Part shown: in pieces, positions 31,120 through 42,719 of the stretch
Layout: each line of letters starts with the position of its first letter
Numbering within the stretch: position 1 is the stretch's first letter
DNA from: Corallochytrium limacisporum Hawaii
Taxonomy: Eukaryota > Protista > Pluriformea
Direction of reading: 5' to 3'
NCBI GenBank assembly: GCA_002811645.1
Contig: PDIP01000001.1
Coordinates: forward strand, 186,001-250,000
Length of the DNA: 64,000 bases
Program-made: the position numbers and the translations under genes
The notes under the pieces: model-generated
Databases searched by the model: none
Seen by the model: only the letters and a program-made list of their open reading frames with translations
What the model was told of the DNA's origin: nothing

Positions 31120-32148
31120 CTATTGAATAATGCCCACGGCCGCCTTCACATCTCGCATCGTCGCTGTCGCAATCTCGCGAGCAATGAAGCTACTCTTTGT
31201 AGTAATATCTAGCAGATGCTGACGATCTTTCATCAGCCGTTCGCGCTCTTCGCGAATAGGACGGATCGTTTCAATCATCACATCCACCAAAGCACGCTTC
31301 AAATCTACAGTTTCCTTGCCCTTGAAGTCAACAACCAACTCGTCTACCGACGTGCCCGTGCAGGCAGCATGCAATCGGAGTAGGTTGCTGACGCCGGGTC
31401 GATTGTCAGGGTCGTAGGTCACTTCACTGGTCATGTCTGTCACGGCTTTCATGACCCGCTCTCTGATGGTGTCGTCAGAATCAGACAATGTTATCCGGCT
31501 CTTGGGGTCCTCATGACTCTTCGACATCTTTTTTTCCGGATCCCGGAGAGACATAATCTTTGCCGCTTCGTTTAGACGTAGTTCCGGAAGTGTAAGAATG
31601 TCTCTACCATTACCAAATAGCGCGTTGAAGCTGATAGCTGTGTCCCTCGTCAGTTCAAGATGCTGTTTCTGATCTTCTCCAACCGGCACTTCCAGCGCGC
31701 GGTACAGGAGAATGTCAGCTGCCATAAGTACCGGATAGGTGAGCAAACCGGTTCCAACTTCGTGCTGTTGCTTTCGCGGGATCTGTTTCATCTTGTCCTT
31801 GTACTGTGTCATCCGTTGAAGCCTTCCTATGGGTGTGCGACATGCTAAAATCCACATAAGCTCACAGTGTTCCGGAACTTGGCTCTGGACAAAGATTGCA
31901 GACTTTTCTGGTGAGAGCCCACTGGCCACGAGAGATGCAATCATACTATAGGTATCATCTTCCAGGGTGGTTGTGCCCTTCGGTGTCGTGATAGCATGTA
32001 GATCGACGGCCATGTACAAAAGAGGAAGTTGACCTGGTCCACTGTGTTTGTTTTGATATTCTACCCACTGTTTCACGGCACCAAAATAGTTACCCATGTG
32101 AATGACGCCTGTTGGCTGGATCCCGCTCAATACTTTGGCCCGCAACAT
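31120..32148 (-). CDS. WARS2: Tryptophanyl-tRNA synthetase, bacterial/mitochondrial type
   Basis: SGIQPTG..HMGN (HIGH), YPVLMAADILLY, VPVGEDQ, KMSKS. First in-frame ATG at 32148. Confidence 0.93.
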   Translation of the reverse strand: MLRAKVLSGIQPTGVIHMGNYFGAVKQWVEYQNKHSGPGQLPLLYMAVDLHAITTPKGTTTLEDDTYSMIASLVASGLSPEKSAIFVQSQVPEHCELMWILACRTPIGRLQRMTQYKDKMKQIPRKQQHEVGTGLLTYPVLMAADILLYRALEVPVGEDQKQHLELTRDTAISFNALFGNGRDILTLPELRLNEAAKIMSLRDPEKKMSKSHEDPKSRITLSDSDDTIRERVMKAVTDMTSEVTYDPDNRPGVSNLLRLHAACTGTSVDELVVDFKGKETVDLKRALVDVMIETIRPIREERERLMKDRQHLLDITTKSSFIAREIATATMRDVKAAVGIIQ

Positions 32149-32752
32149 GATGAGCGACAACACATAGTCCACATATCTTAAGGATTTCAACACAATTGTA
32201 ATGGGTCTTATTTCTCAATGTCGATAGAGAGCTCAAATATAATATACCTTTTGGCGGCTGGATGAGTGTCGCTCGTGTCAGACACCCAAGCGGACACCCT
32301 TCCCCCATAGGAACCACTGCCGTCACCGAGTCCACGGGGCCTGAGCTTGCCATTTCGTTTCGTCTATAAACTAATAACCTAATAATCGTCATTAATGCGA
32401 TTTAATCCGTGAAAACTTGGGCAATGGGTTAGGGAGCCATGTAAACGGCGTTGACAATTCGCGATGTACTTGGTCTTGTCCTGGAAAGGGAGTCCATTTT
32501 TCTTTAGAAGCTAGGGCACAAAACCCCTTGCCTCTCCCCAAAAACACACACATATTTTTCACACACAAATACAGGTCTTGGAACGGTATCAGAAATTGTA
32601 TGTCTCGATTTTTTCTACATTTACGGCTGTCCACAGGAGAGGGGCAATTTCCATATATTTCTATTGTCAATTGTATTCAATTTATGGTGCATAGTGAATG
32701 TGCTACCATGTGACATTTACAGTACAAACAGTATGGAGCGACGAGAGCGGCG

Positions 32753-32917
32753 CAAGAACTTCCAGGCACTTTGTTCTTGGTGGTTCTAGTACACACGGGT
32801 ATTGTGAAGACAGTGAGCCCCGATGCTGTGGACCAGCTCTTAAACAGCCCTACATTCTCGCTGTTGCGGACGGTAGTGAGCACCGTAACATACATGGAAG
32901 AATGAGTTACGGTGTTC
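32753..32917 (+). ncRNA. Candidate structured RNA (three tandem hairpins) upstream of RPS24
   Basis: Stems CAAGAAC/GTTCTTG; ACAGTGAG/CTCGCTGT plus GCTGT/ACAGC; GAGCACCGTAAC/GTTACGGTGTTC. G-U pairs are valid on the + strand. Confidence 0.3.
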
Positions 32918-33020
32918 GATAGATACATAATGGTATTTCACCTGCGTAAGCAGCTATTTCTATCAGTCGAGGCCTCAGTTTCTTATCGGTTCAACATTTC
33001 GGTCAATAACAAATATCAAA

Positions 33021-33422
33021 ATGAAGACTGCCTCAGAGGGATCCGTTACCATCCGCACCCGGAAGTTCATCACTAACCGCCTGCTTTCTCGCAAGCAAAT
33101 GGTTGTTGATGTCATCCATCCTGGCCGTGCCAACGTGCCCAAGAACGAGCTCCGGGAAAAGATTGCTAGCATGTACAAGACCAACGCTGATGTCGTTGTC
33201 CCCTTCGGTTACCGTACTGCCTACGGTGGCGGCAAGAGCACTGGTTTCGCTCTCATCTACGACGAACTCGATTCTCTGAAGCGCTTTGAGCCCAACTACC
33301 GCCAGCAGCGCCTGGGATACATGGAAGTCGTTCCCAAGTCCCGCAAGCAACGCAAGGAGCGTCGCAACCGTGCCAAGAAGGTCCGCGGTGTCGCCAAGGC
33401 CAAGATCACTGCTAAGAAGTAA
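33021..33422 (+). CDS. RPS24: 40S ribosomal protein S24 (eS24)
   Basis: [59 protein letters not shown]. Confidence 0.98.
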   Translation: MKTASEGSVTIRTRKFITNRLLSRKQMVVDVIHPGRANVPKNELREKIASMYKTNADVVVPFGYRTAYGGGKSTGFALIYDELDSLKRFEPNYRQQRLGYMEVVPKSRKQRKERRNRAKKVRGVAKAKITAKK

Positions 33423-33697
33423 ATTAGTCACCTACAATGTGAAAAAGTCAAGGGGGATTATTCCGAACATGCACATTCATTTATTTGCACGAATGGTTGT
33501 ACCGCTTTTGACGGGTCTTGCACAGCATACATCACAACCACATATATCGTATGGCAGAGGCTCCTACGCAGTCAATTCTTTGGATCTGTGGCCTCTTCTC
33601 CATCCATGTTCCTTTACATTTTTGGATCACTCATAGTTTCATAATATAAATTAAACCAATCTCAAAATAAAACTTGCCTATTTTCGAATGTATTCCT

Positions 33698-35332
33698 TCA
33701 GCCGACAACAATATGTCGTGAGAGCCGTGCCATAGGCATGGACGATGGATTGCATGGCAGGATGGTAACGGGATGTGTCCATTTGTATACGCTGATGTCG
33801 ATGCCACTCGGAGCATGCCATTGGATGTCTTTGTCCTCCAGTAGCTGCCTTTTGTCCTTTGGCGCATCTATATCAATTGCAGGATTTGGGATGCCTACTT
33901 CCACGTTCGTTCCTTCCAATTTGGCATCACTGTCACCAAAGATAAAACCGAAAGTCAACTTCCACGAGATGCTGACGTGCTCGGACCTGAAGTCTGGGCA
34001 GCAATTGATGGGTACCTGGATCGACAAGTTTAAAATCTGTGAGTGACGACAAGTCTGGCGCAGTTCGCCCATGGCTGTCACCACAGGGCTAGGAGTTTCT
34101 TTTGAGTCACCGTTCTCAGGCATAAGATCCGACGAGAGCACCTCATGCATTTCGAGTCGAACAACAGTTTCATAACATTTCAATTTGCTCTCCTGGAAAT
34201 CCAAGCGAATGGGGATGTCCTGTCCCAGTCGGAAGGCCTTTCCAGCAATACTCACCCGGCAAATATGACTGTCTCCTGATCCGATTTTGTAATGTCCTGC
34301 GTTCAGCATTACAGTGGGAGACGGGCTTGAGAGAATGGCAATGCGACTCATTGCTTCTCCGAGGAAACTCCGCTCATCCACGTTCAAGTCGTCGGGGTCT
34401 TCCTGAATCAGAGAGAGTCTGAGGGAACCACTACGGAGAAGAGGGTGGCTACTGTCGATCTGGTTTGGCTTTGCGAATGCCCGTTGACGGGCAGTGCGTT
34501 GTACATCAGCAATGCTGATTGACCAAGATTTCCGTAGCTCTCGCTTCCTTTCAATGTCACCGCGTAAAATGTCTGTCCGAAGCTGCTGTTGTGGATCGTC
34601 GAGGCGGGGCTCTTCCATCTCCGGCCCCCCTAGCTGTAATATGTCGTCAAGAAGAACGTGGTCGACAGCGACGACTCGCAGAGGCACGCGCAACATGGAT
34701 TTCTTCACTTGCCCGTTGGATGTCCGAATAGCGATGCCAATCATAGCAAAATGACTGTATCGGAATATCTGTCCGCGGAAAGTCGGAGGCAATGTTGGTG
34801 GGATCTGCGCCGCAAACTTGCAACTTATGGATTCACCCGGGCGCAAGGCTACGTTTGTCCCGAGCAATGTGATTTCACTGCGATCCATTTCAAAGGCACC
34901 AGAATGTGCTGAAAGAAAGATCTCACTCATTTTGTTTGCGTAGTGTATGTAGTCTGACCGATGAGTCTCGTCCGATGGTTCTTCGTTCTTCTTCTGGGTC
35001 TCAGAAGTTTCAGGATCAAAGAACCAATAGAATGGATTCCAAGACGATTCCTGGCCTTCAGATTCACCGGTCGAACTCTGAGTAAACTCTTCTTGAGGCG
35101 AGATCTGCTTAATTCGAGCCTTACTTGCTTCTCTAAGTCCCTGGACGGCGACGTCGTCAACCATCCGCGCAACAGGGGAGGCAAAGCATCCCAATGTTCC
35201 GATTACCCATAAGATATTCTCTTTGTTCACATTCTCATCACCTGTGCAAGCAATAGAGAGTGCAACGGACGCCTTGTCACCCGCAAGTACCGTTCCTGTA
35301 CCCAAAGGGTACGCAATGAGGCTAATTGGCAT
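33698..35332 (-). CDS. RGP1: Rgp1, subunit of Ric1-Rgp1 Rab6/Ypt6 GEF
   Basis: VLAGD near N-terminus, IPPTLPPTFRGQIFRY, FRLGQDI, PDFRSEHVSISWKLTFGF, WTHPVTILPCNP. Confidence 0.8.
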   Translation of the reverse strand: MPISLIAYPLGTGTVLAGDKASVALSIACTGDENVNKENILWVIGTLGCFASPVARMVDDVAVQGLREASKARIKQISPQEEFTQSSTGESEGQESSWNPFYWFFDPETSETQKKNEEPSDETHRSDYIHYANKMSEIFLSAHSGAFEMDRSEITLLGTNVALRPGESISCKFAAQIPPTLPPTFRGQIFRYSHFAMIGIAIRTSNGQVKKSMLRVPLRVVAVDHVLLDDILQLGGPEMEEPRLDDPQQQLRTDILRGDIERKRELRKSWSISIADVQRTARQRAFAKPNQIDSSHPLLRSGSLRLSLIQEDPDDLNVDERSFLGEAMSRIAILSSPSPTVMLNAGHYKIGSGDSHICRVSIAGKAFRLGQDIPIRLDFQESKLKCYETVVRLEMHEVLSSDLMPENGDSKETPSPVVTAMGELRQTCRHSQILNLSIQVPINCCPDFRSEHVSISWKLTFGFIFGDSDAKLEGTNVEVGIPNPAIDIDAPKDKRQLLEDKDIQWHAPSGIDISVYKWTHPVTILPCNPSSMPMARLSRHIVVG

Positions 35333-35965
35333 ACCTTTATCCTAGAGCACTGTCACGTCATGGTCCGTTTCTATCTTTCATCCACTCTACCATGTTTTGC
35401 AGAAGAATCGTTACAGTTTTAAGTTCTACGTTAGAACACTAAGCATGCAGCATATCAGTGCCATACAAGAAATAGGTAGCTGGGCCAGGATGGTTCCATA
35501 ATAAGACCCGCCTCTCTTTGGGAACTCCCATTGGATCCGTACGGCACAACATCCTAAGGGTTTCTCCTTTCGGCACAATTTGGGTTCCCGCCTTACGCTT
35601 GTGGGTGCGGAGCCAACTTATTTTTTTACCGCACCGATGGAGTCCCCTCATCGTTTGGTAAAAAAATAGTCTAACCCGCCGTGCGATTGCAGGACCACCA
35701 CGCTCCGCATTCCCCCTCAGCTGCCCCTCCGCGTGAGTCTCTACCACGGGGAACACTGTGAGGGAACGTTGTGCGGGTCTGTGACATTGGGTGTGTAGTG
35801 TTACACATGATTCTTTGTGTTCGTCATTACAGATGGCTATTTATGAAGAGTTGGGAGCTTAAACTGAGCCATCGTACAACAATTTCTTGTATAGGTGAAA
35901 CTGCGGTCTCAATTACTCAAGAATACAAATCAAGAATATGTGAGTGAGAACGACGAGCAGCAATC

Positions 35966-38743
35966 ATGCCCAAAAAGAGTAAAGGTAAAGGTAAGGCACG
36001 TGCTACTAGCAGTGCCAGGCATGACATTTACGAAGCAGACCAAACTGTGCGGGGTTCAGGTGCAAATTCATTAGACAACGTAGATGTCTACGAATATGAA
36101 CTTCCGAGGGACTACGATCGCGACGAGGAAATTGACGAAGACGAAGCTTTCGGAAGCGACGAAGAGTTGCAGTATGACGAAATCTTGAACACGCGGCGCA
36201 GGACTGCCGCTTCGGGTGACGAAACTGAGGAAGAGGAGGATGAGGATGACAACGAGGACGACCCCACCCTCTTTATGGACCTTTCCGACATGCTTGGAGG
36301 AGGTGGCAAGGCTCTGGTCGCTTCGAGCAAAACCAATGAGCCCGGTCCGTCCAAATCCACTAAGGTTGTACCATTGACAAAGAGTCACAAAACAGATATT
36401 GTATCCGACGAAGATAACAGCGAAGAAGACAACAGCGAGTACAGTTATGAAGATGATGATGATGACGAGGAGGATTTCGAAATCTCGGACGATGAAGACG
36501 GCGATGCGGAAGAGAAGCTCCAGGCCCTCATCAAACTTGTTAAAGCTAGTGAACCAAAGAAGGATAGCAAGAGGCTTGAGAACCGAAACGACGTGCAGAC
36601 AGCGACTAACGAGGTATCGCAGCCCCTTGCATCTGCTTCCGCGGTGTTGAAGCTGAGCGATTTGATGAACCCTTTGAAGGGAAGCAATGCCATCTCATCC
36701 GATGCCAAGCAGATCCTGCACAAAATGGAACATTCCAGGAGCAGTCAACCTTTGGCAAAGCCGCTCAGCAAGCCAGCACAGCAGCGTGCTGAACGTTCTG
36801 TTGCGTACGATAGGGCCAAAGACGAGGTTTCCCAGTGGCAGCCCTTGGTCAAGAGAAACAGAGAAGCCTCTCAGTTGAAATTTCCCTTGCAGCAGGAGAG
36901 GCACAGCAACAAGAGTGTTACAGCACTGACTACGTCCTTCAAGGCGGACGATAGCGGTATTGAGGGTGAAGTACAAAAAGTCTTAGAAAGCTCAGGACAA
37001 ATTCCAGGGCAGGGAGATAAGTCTATCGACCTCCCTGATGCGTCGCGGGTCAAATCTAAGGACGACATTGAGCGCGAGAAGGCAGTACTTGCGAAGGCCA
37101 AGGCCCTTCTGACCTATTATGAGGCAAAGAGAAAACGTATTAACAAGATCAAGTCGAAGAAGTATCGAAAGGTGCAAAAGAAAAGTGAAAAGAAGATCCA
37201 GGAGAAGGTGCTCATGGAAGATGTGGCCAACATGGATCCTGAAGCGTACCAGGAGTATCTGGAGAAGCTGGAGCGGCAGCGCGCCGAAGAGCGCTTGACA
37301 TTGCGGCACAGTAAATCTCGCAAGAAAGACCGGGTCTTGAAGGGCGCAGCGACACACGACACAAGCATCCAGGACCAACTTCTCGAACGCGATCGGATGA
37401 GGCAAGAGCTCAAGAAGCGCATCAATGACGAACAGGAGGACGAACAGGAACAAGATTCCGAGGGGGCGGACGACGACCCCGCTTCGGCTTTGGAGGATAT
37501 CGAAGCAAGTCTGGGCCAAGATCAGCTGGCAAACTATGACGGGCCATTGAAGAACATTATTGGCATGCAATTTATGCAGAGGGCTATGGAAAAACAGAAA
37601 GAAGAGGCGCTGCAGTCCATCAAGACGCTCCGCCAGGAGCTTGGAGAGCTGCCGGGCGACGGTGACGAATCGAATGCACGCATGACCTTCAGCACTAAGG
37701 GAACCGGTTATTTCAGCAATGCTGGCCAGGCTGTCCGTGAACAGGAAACGATGGAAGACAAGACCCTTGAGGCTAAGAAGGGCGAAGAGCCCAACCCGGT
37801 AGAAAGTGAAGTGGCAAAGAAGAAAGAACCGAAAGTTCCAGAGTACGAAGGAGCTGCTGACTCCGACAATCCATGGTTAGTAGGGAACAAGGAGTACGCT
37901 TCTTCTGAGCAGCAAACGACTCGAAGTGCCACTGCCAAGCAGCAGAGCGAAAATGTTGTTATCAAGGCGAAACAGAAAGCAGCGAAGGGTGCCAAGAAAG
38001 GCCAGGAAATGGTGCGAATTGATGCAGACGCAGAGGTAGCTTCCGCCATCAACGCGATCCATGGAGATGACATGAACAGTAAGGCCGCGGCCAATGGAAC
38101 CACCAATGGCGGCCTTAAGATTGGCAAGGATATCACGCAGGAAAAGCTCGTACGTGAGGCCTTCGCTGCTGACGAGGTCACAGTCATGAAGGAGATCGAG
38201 GCCGAGAAGGAGGCAGAGGTCGAGGAGGCCGTTGGTGAAACTCCTGAGTTTGGTGGAATGATGCCTGGCTGGGGTGAGTGGGTTGGTAGGGAAGTCAAGC
38301 CTTCGAAGAAACTCGAACGTGCCCGCAAACGTGCGAAGGAACAACGCGAGGAGGACATTCGCAATGTCAAGAAGAGCCGAAAGGATGCCAAGTTGGCAGG
38401 GGTCATTATCAACGAAAGGGCGCTGGATCGCAAGGCCAATCAGCACCGAGTCCGCGCCTCCGATGTGCCCCATGAGTACGCCAAGGACAAAGCCATTTTT
38501 GAGCAGGCCATGGCTCAGCCTCTAGGTCGCGAGTGGAACACAGAACAGAGCTTCAAGCACCGCATTCAGCCCGCTGTTCAGACTGCGGCTGGTCGAATAA
38601 TTGAGCCCTTGACTGTCAACAAGGGTGTACTCCGTGAGGCTGAAAAAATCCAGCAGCGTAGGGCTCTGCAGAAAGGCATTGCTTCATCCGCATCCCAGCG
38701 TCGTGCTCTTGGTGCCCGCAAGAAAGGTGCTGCCGAAGTGTAA
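35966..38743 (+). CDS. UTP14: U3 snoRNA-associated protein Utp14
   Basis: VAYDRAKDEVSQWQPLVKRNREA, KRINKIKSKKYRK, RAEERLTLRH, MPGWGEW, QPLGREWNT. Confidence 0.95.
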   Translation: MPKKSKGKGKARATSSARHDIYEADQTVRGSGANSLDNVDVYEYELPRDYDRDEEIDEDEAFGSDEELQYDEILNTRRRTAASGDETEEEEDEDDNEDDPTLFMDLSDMLGGGGKALVASSKTNEPGPSKSTKVVPLTKSHKTDIVSDEDNSEEDNSEYSYEDDDDDEEDFEISDDEDGDAEEKLQALIKLVKASEPKKDSKRLENRNDVQTATNEVSQPLASASAVLKLSDLMNPLKGSNAISSDAKQILHKMEHSRSSQPLAKPLSKPAQQRAERSVAYDRAKDEVSQWQPLVKRNREASQLKFPLQQERHSNKSVTALTTSFKADDSGIEGEVQKVLESSGQIPGQGDKSIDLPDASRVKSKDDIEREKAVLAKAKALLTYYEAKRKRINKIKSKKYRKVQKKSEKKIQEKVLMEDVANMDPEAYQEYLEKLERQRAEERLTLRHSKSRKKDRVLKGAATHDTSIQDQLLERDRMRQELKKRINDEQEDEQEQDSEGADDDPASALEDIEASLGQDQLANYDGPLKNIIGMQFMQRAMEKQKEEALQSIKTLRQELGELPGDGDESNARMTFSTKGTGYFSNAGQAVREQETMEDKTLEAKKGEEPNPVESEVAKKKEPKVPEYEGAADSDNPWLVGNKEYASSEQQTTRSATAKQQSENVVIKAKQKAAKGAKKGQEMVRIDADAEVASAINAIHGDDMNSKAAANGTTNGGLKIGKDITQEKLVREAFAADEVTVMKEIEAEKEAEVEEAVGETPEFGGMMPGWGEWVGREVKPSKKLERARKRAKEQREEDIRNVKKSRKDAKLAGVIINERALDRKANQHRVRASDVPHEYAKDKAIFEQAMAQPLGREWNTEQSFKHRIQPAVQTAAGRIIEPLTVNKGVLREAEKIQQRRALQKGIASSASQRRALGARKKGAAEV

Positions 38744-38818
38744 CTTTACTAAAATATCATTTAGAGTCTATTCTGAAACTGTTAATTGTTCATGATTCGT
38801 TTCTAAAACTGTTCCCGC

Positions 38819-39145
38819 CTATGTACTGTACGAAATGTATCCCATTCCTGAATCAATAGCTTCTTCTTCGTCTTTATTCAGTGCCTTGCGCTGAAAGCGT
38901 GCCGGCAATTCCCAGAAGTCTACAGCATCTTCGGAGTACACTAGTACTCTCTTCTTTGGCCCCGCCGTCGTTCCATGGCCTCCCAGGAATTCACCAGGGA
39001 TCTGTCCCGTGGTCAGCACGCTTGTAATGATCTTGGTGAAGTTCTCTAGCGTTGGTTTCACCACTGGTGCCCCGTCAGCAGTACGACGGTTTGGGAACGC
39101 AATCATGCGACTGTGAGGTTTTACCTTCTGTGCCGCCTTCAACAT
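38819..39145 (-). CDS. KGD4: Alpha-ketoglutarate dehydrogenase component 4 (KGD4/MRPS36/Ymr31)
   Basis: N-terminal PHSRMIAFP and C-terminal ELPARFQRKAL..EEEAIDSG signature. Confidence 0.85.
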   Translation of the reverse strand: MLKAAQKVKPHSRMIAFPNRRTADGAPVVKPTLENFTKIITSVLTTGQIPGEFLGGHGTTAGPKKRVLVYSEDAVDFWELPARFQRKALNKDEEEAIDSGMGYISYST

Positions 39146-40683
39146 TTTCTGTATTTATGTCTTTCAAAACTGTGTATGACATCCATATCATAGAGTCTTT
39201 TCAGACTATTCACAGGCTTGACAATTCTATTAACCTTATAATAGCAGGATGACCGAGGCGACAACCAACCGCACGCTCTTGACATCCGGTTCAAGGTCAT
39301 CGCATCACATCCAACAGGTAGCTCCCAGCCCATGCCCCCGTCACAATATACAGGTCAAATAACGATCGGTGCGGAAGCATTTCCGTTGCGGATACGAAAA
39401 AAATTTAGGTGAGATAAGTATTGAGTTGCTGAGCTATATTTTCCAGGCGGGGTGGTTGCTTCGTGCAGAGCTAAAAAAGCGCAAGGATCGCGCCTGTATC
39501 CCGTATGGTCCCGCATCCGCCTGCCCTCCTTTTCCATTGAATCACGGTAGCCAGGAAGACCGGCCCCCAAGAAGCACCAACGCCTGAGACGAGGAGTCCA
39601 AGTACATTCCCCTCCCCCGCCCCCCCGTTTACCATAATACCCCCCAGCGGATGGGTGGTTTGGCCTTGCGCTTTGTTTATGTATGGCCCGTGTACGGCGG
39701 CAGCCCCACCTGATCGTCCGCGAATGGGACATCAGACTGATCAGATCAATATGTATTATTGATTCTCTGTCCCCGAAAATCTCCGGTGGGGTCGCTGTTT
39801 TTGATTGCATTAGGTCTTGTGCGCGGAGGGAGCATTTTGAAATCAGCAGTCATTCAGCCAATCCATGCCATAGTCGATGGTTTGGGTGTTCTGGGTAAAT
39901 GGGCACAACACTCAGGCTCACACACCTCGCAAAAAAAAAAAGTTGCAGGGCGTAAAATTGTGCGTGCTGACATAATTGCATTGTTTATCTTCGGTGATAG
40001 GGAAAGAAACTTCAAGGCCCGCTCCAACCCGTCTGCAGGTTTTCAATTACCCCCCCCCCTTGGTTTGCTTGTGCCAGGTGTGGCACCAGCATCCCCTTGA
40101 CTATCCGGAAGGGGGGGGGTGTTTTTGATCCATGCAATCTACACGTGTATACGTGTCTCGGAAGACAATTCAGTCTCTCCAGTACTTGTTGTTTGGAACT
40201 CAGCTGCTAGTCAGAACGCAAAACGGTCGGAAAATGGGATTTTGTCTTTCAAATCGCAGTGCTGGCATTTGCACCTAGTTTTCGAAGTACCAGCGGAAGA
40301 CGGGACAAACCGAGCAGAGTGTCAAGAAGATTGCAATGGACAAAAAAAGTTGCCTTCCTAGCGGCCCACAGCACTGCCCTCTCTATAGATAAAGTACTGT
40401 CGGGTTTCCCACTTCTCCGGCAGCCACTGTAATCGGCGGGGTCCATTGCCGAAGACCTCAGGAGCACGCTCTACTTTGGAAAGTGGTCCTACATCGGATA
40501 AGGAGGAGATACAGCAAGCAGATTAATCCCGGCGAAGGCCAACCTGAACTGTATCTGTCTTATGGACAGAGATGAGCATGGGAGGTATAAGGTGCCATGA
40601 CCACCAGCAGGGATGAGAGTGGGCCCGAATCTTCAAGTCTTGTACACAGACAGGTGCAACATACACATTCTCAACTAGCAAAT

Positions 40684-41541
40684 ATGTCGTTCGCAAGCGC
40701 TCAGACTGGGGCCGAGAACACCCTTGACTACCGCGTGTTCTGCAAGAAGGACGGTCAAGTCGTCTCCTTCTGGCACGACGTCCCTCTTACCGCAAACGGT
40801 GACCTGGGATATGTCAACTTCATCTGCGAGGTTCCTCGCTACACCAATGCCAAGATGGAGATCTCTAAGGAGGAGCCTCTGAATCCCATCCTCCAGGACA
40901 CCAAGAAGGGCAAGCTGCGCTACGTCCGCAACGTCTTCCCCCACCACGGTTACATGTGGAACTACGGTGCTATCCCTCAGACCTGGGAAGACCCCGCCCA
41001 CAAGAACGAGGATACTGGATGCAACGGTGACAACGACCCTCTGGATGCCTGCGATATCGGCAGTACCATCCCTCCCCGTGGTGCCATCTACAAGGTCAAA
41101 GTTCTGGGCCTGGTCGCTCTGATTGATGATGGCGAGACTGACTGGAAGATCATTGTGGTAAACGCTGACGATCCCCTGGCTGGTGAATTGAACGACATTG
41201 ACGATGTCAAGACCAAGTGCCCCGGCCTTCTCGAACAGACGGTAAGCTGGTTCACCAACTACAAGGTGCCTGATGGCAAGCCCAAGAACCAATTTGCTTT
41301 CAACGGCGAGGCCAAGAACCGTGAATATGCTATCAATGTGATCAAGGAGACCCACGAGGCCTGGAAGGGTCTGGTGGCGGGCACTCTGGACCCGGCCGGT
41401 TGCAACATTGCGTCTGTCATCGCCGAATCTGCCAACAAGATGTCTGATGCTGATGCCACCATGGAGGTGACCAAGCGTGGTGAACCCCTTTCTGGGGAGG
41501 CTGTGCCCAAGGAAATTGACCAGGTTTTCTACGTCGAGTAA
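40684..41541 (+). CDS. PPA1: Family I soluble inorganic pyrophosphatase (upstream in-frame ATG at 40597 also possible)
   Basis: NAKMEI, QDTKKGKLRYV, WNYGAIPQTWEDP, GDNDPLD, LIDDGETDWK, YKVPDGKP. Confidence 0.96.
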   Translation: MSFASAQTGAENTLDYRVFCKKDGQVVSFWHDVPLTANGDLGYVNFICEVPRYTNAKMEISKEEPLNPILQDTKKGKLRYVRNVFPHHGYMWNYGAIPQTWEDPAHKNEDTGCNGDNDPLDACDIGSTIPPRGAIYKVKVLGLVALIDDGETDWKIIVVNADDPLAGELNDIDDVKTKCPGLLEQTVSWFTNYKVPDGKPKNQFAFNGEAKNREYAINVIKETHEAWKGLVAGTLDPAGCNIASVIAESANKMSDADATMEVTKRGEPLSGEAVPKEIDQVFYVE

Positions 41542-42072
41542 ACTGTAAGTTGTGATTTCTGAGAGCGTTGGTAACTCAGTCCATCTGTCATCGAGCTAAC
41601 CGGCATGTCATAAATGAAATACTAAGAAACAGTCTTCCTGTGTCCTGGAGTTCGTCATGCTTCCCCCGGATCTCGCACCAAACCGCCACGTTTAGACGTC
41701 CGCACACAAGACGAGGGCCTTGGCTGTAAGCTTCTGGCTCGACGAGAAATACACCCCTCAGTCTCCCAACACACGCAACCCCACCACCTCCTCTCACTCG
41801 CCCTCTCTCTACTCTCCTGTCCTCCCCCTTCTGAGATGTATTCCAAGGCGCACCGGAGGAAGAAAAAGGGAGACGAAGCTGGAGAGGGGTGTGTGCGATG
41901 GAATGGAACAGGGCTCATGTGGCCCTGTATATGCACAGCAAATGGTGTCATTGAAGTTGCCATAAGGGGCAGCACGGACCACAGAGGTACTTGGTGGTCT
42001 CAAACGTGTTCTGGATTTGATGTTGCACCTAACAGTATTAAGATACAATAGTTCGATTGGCAACTAGTCGCA

Positions 42073-42615
42073 ATGTTCAAAAAGTTTGATTCAGAGGAAG
42101 CCATCAGTGGCTCCAACCAGGTCAAATCCAGTGTTCAGCGTGGTATCACTGCGGGCCTGATTGAAAAATACCCGGGAATTAAGCCTTATATTGAAGAAAT
42201 TCTCCCCAAGAAAGAGTCTGTGACTCTAGTAAAATGTGCAGATCGCATCGAGCTTCTGGCTTTGAACAAGGAACCCCTTTTCTTTCACCAACGCGACGGA
42301 CCTTGGATGCCAACCCTGAAACTGTTGCACAAGTATCCCGACATTCTGCCCCACCAGAAGGTTGACAAGGGCGCAATTCGGTTTATTATGAGTGGAGCAA
42401 ATATAATGGCCCCCGGCCTGACCTCCAAGGGTGGTGAACTAAAACCTGGCAAGGCCGGTGATATCGTAGCAATTATGTGTGAAGGCAAGGAGAACGCAAT
42501 CGCCATCGGTGAGATGAAGCTCGACAGCGAAGAAATTGCTAGCAAAAACAAGGGAATCGCTATCGATCTCATCCATTTCTTGAATGACGGACTGTGGCTG
42601 ACCAAGTCTGTCTAG
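42073..42615 (+). CDS. MCTS1: MCT-1/Tma20 PUA-domain translation reinitiation factor
   Basis: MFKKF, KSSVQRGI, PTLKLLHKYP, VDKGAIRFIMSGANIMAPGLTSKGG, LNDGLW. Confidence 0.96.
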   Translation: MFKKFDSEEAISGSNQVKSSVQRGITAGLIEKYPGIKPYIEEILPKKESVTLVKCADRIELLALNKEPLFFHQRDGPWMPTLKLLHKYPDILPHQKVDKGAIRFIMSGANIMAPGLTSKGGELKPGKAGDIVAIMCEGKENAIAIGEMKLDSEEIASKNKGIAIDLIHFLNDGLWLTKSV

Positions 42616-42719
42616 AACTTACCACCCTCTTGTATACATAAAGAAAACCGCAATAGTGTTGACCTATATAGCTAGAACCCAGTCCTATTTATCTATTTGA
42701 TGTCCCATCATAATGGTAT

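Noticed and set aside
40507-40570. Overlapping hairpins upstream of PPA1
   Set aside because: Stems of 6-8 bp are expected by chance, lie upstream of a TATA-like element, and show no riboswitch consensus.
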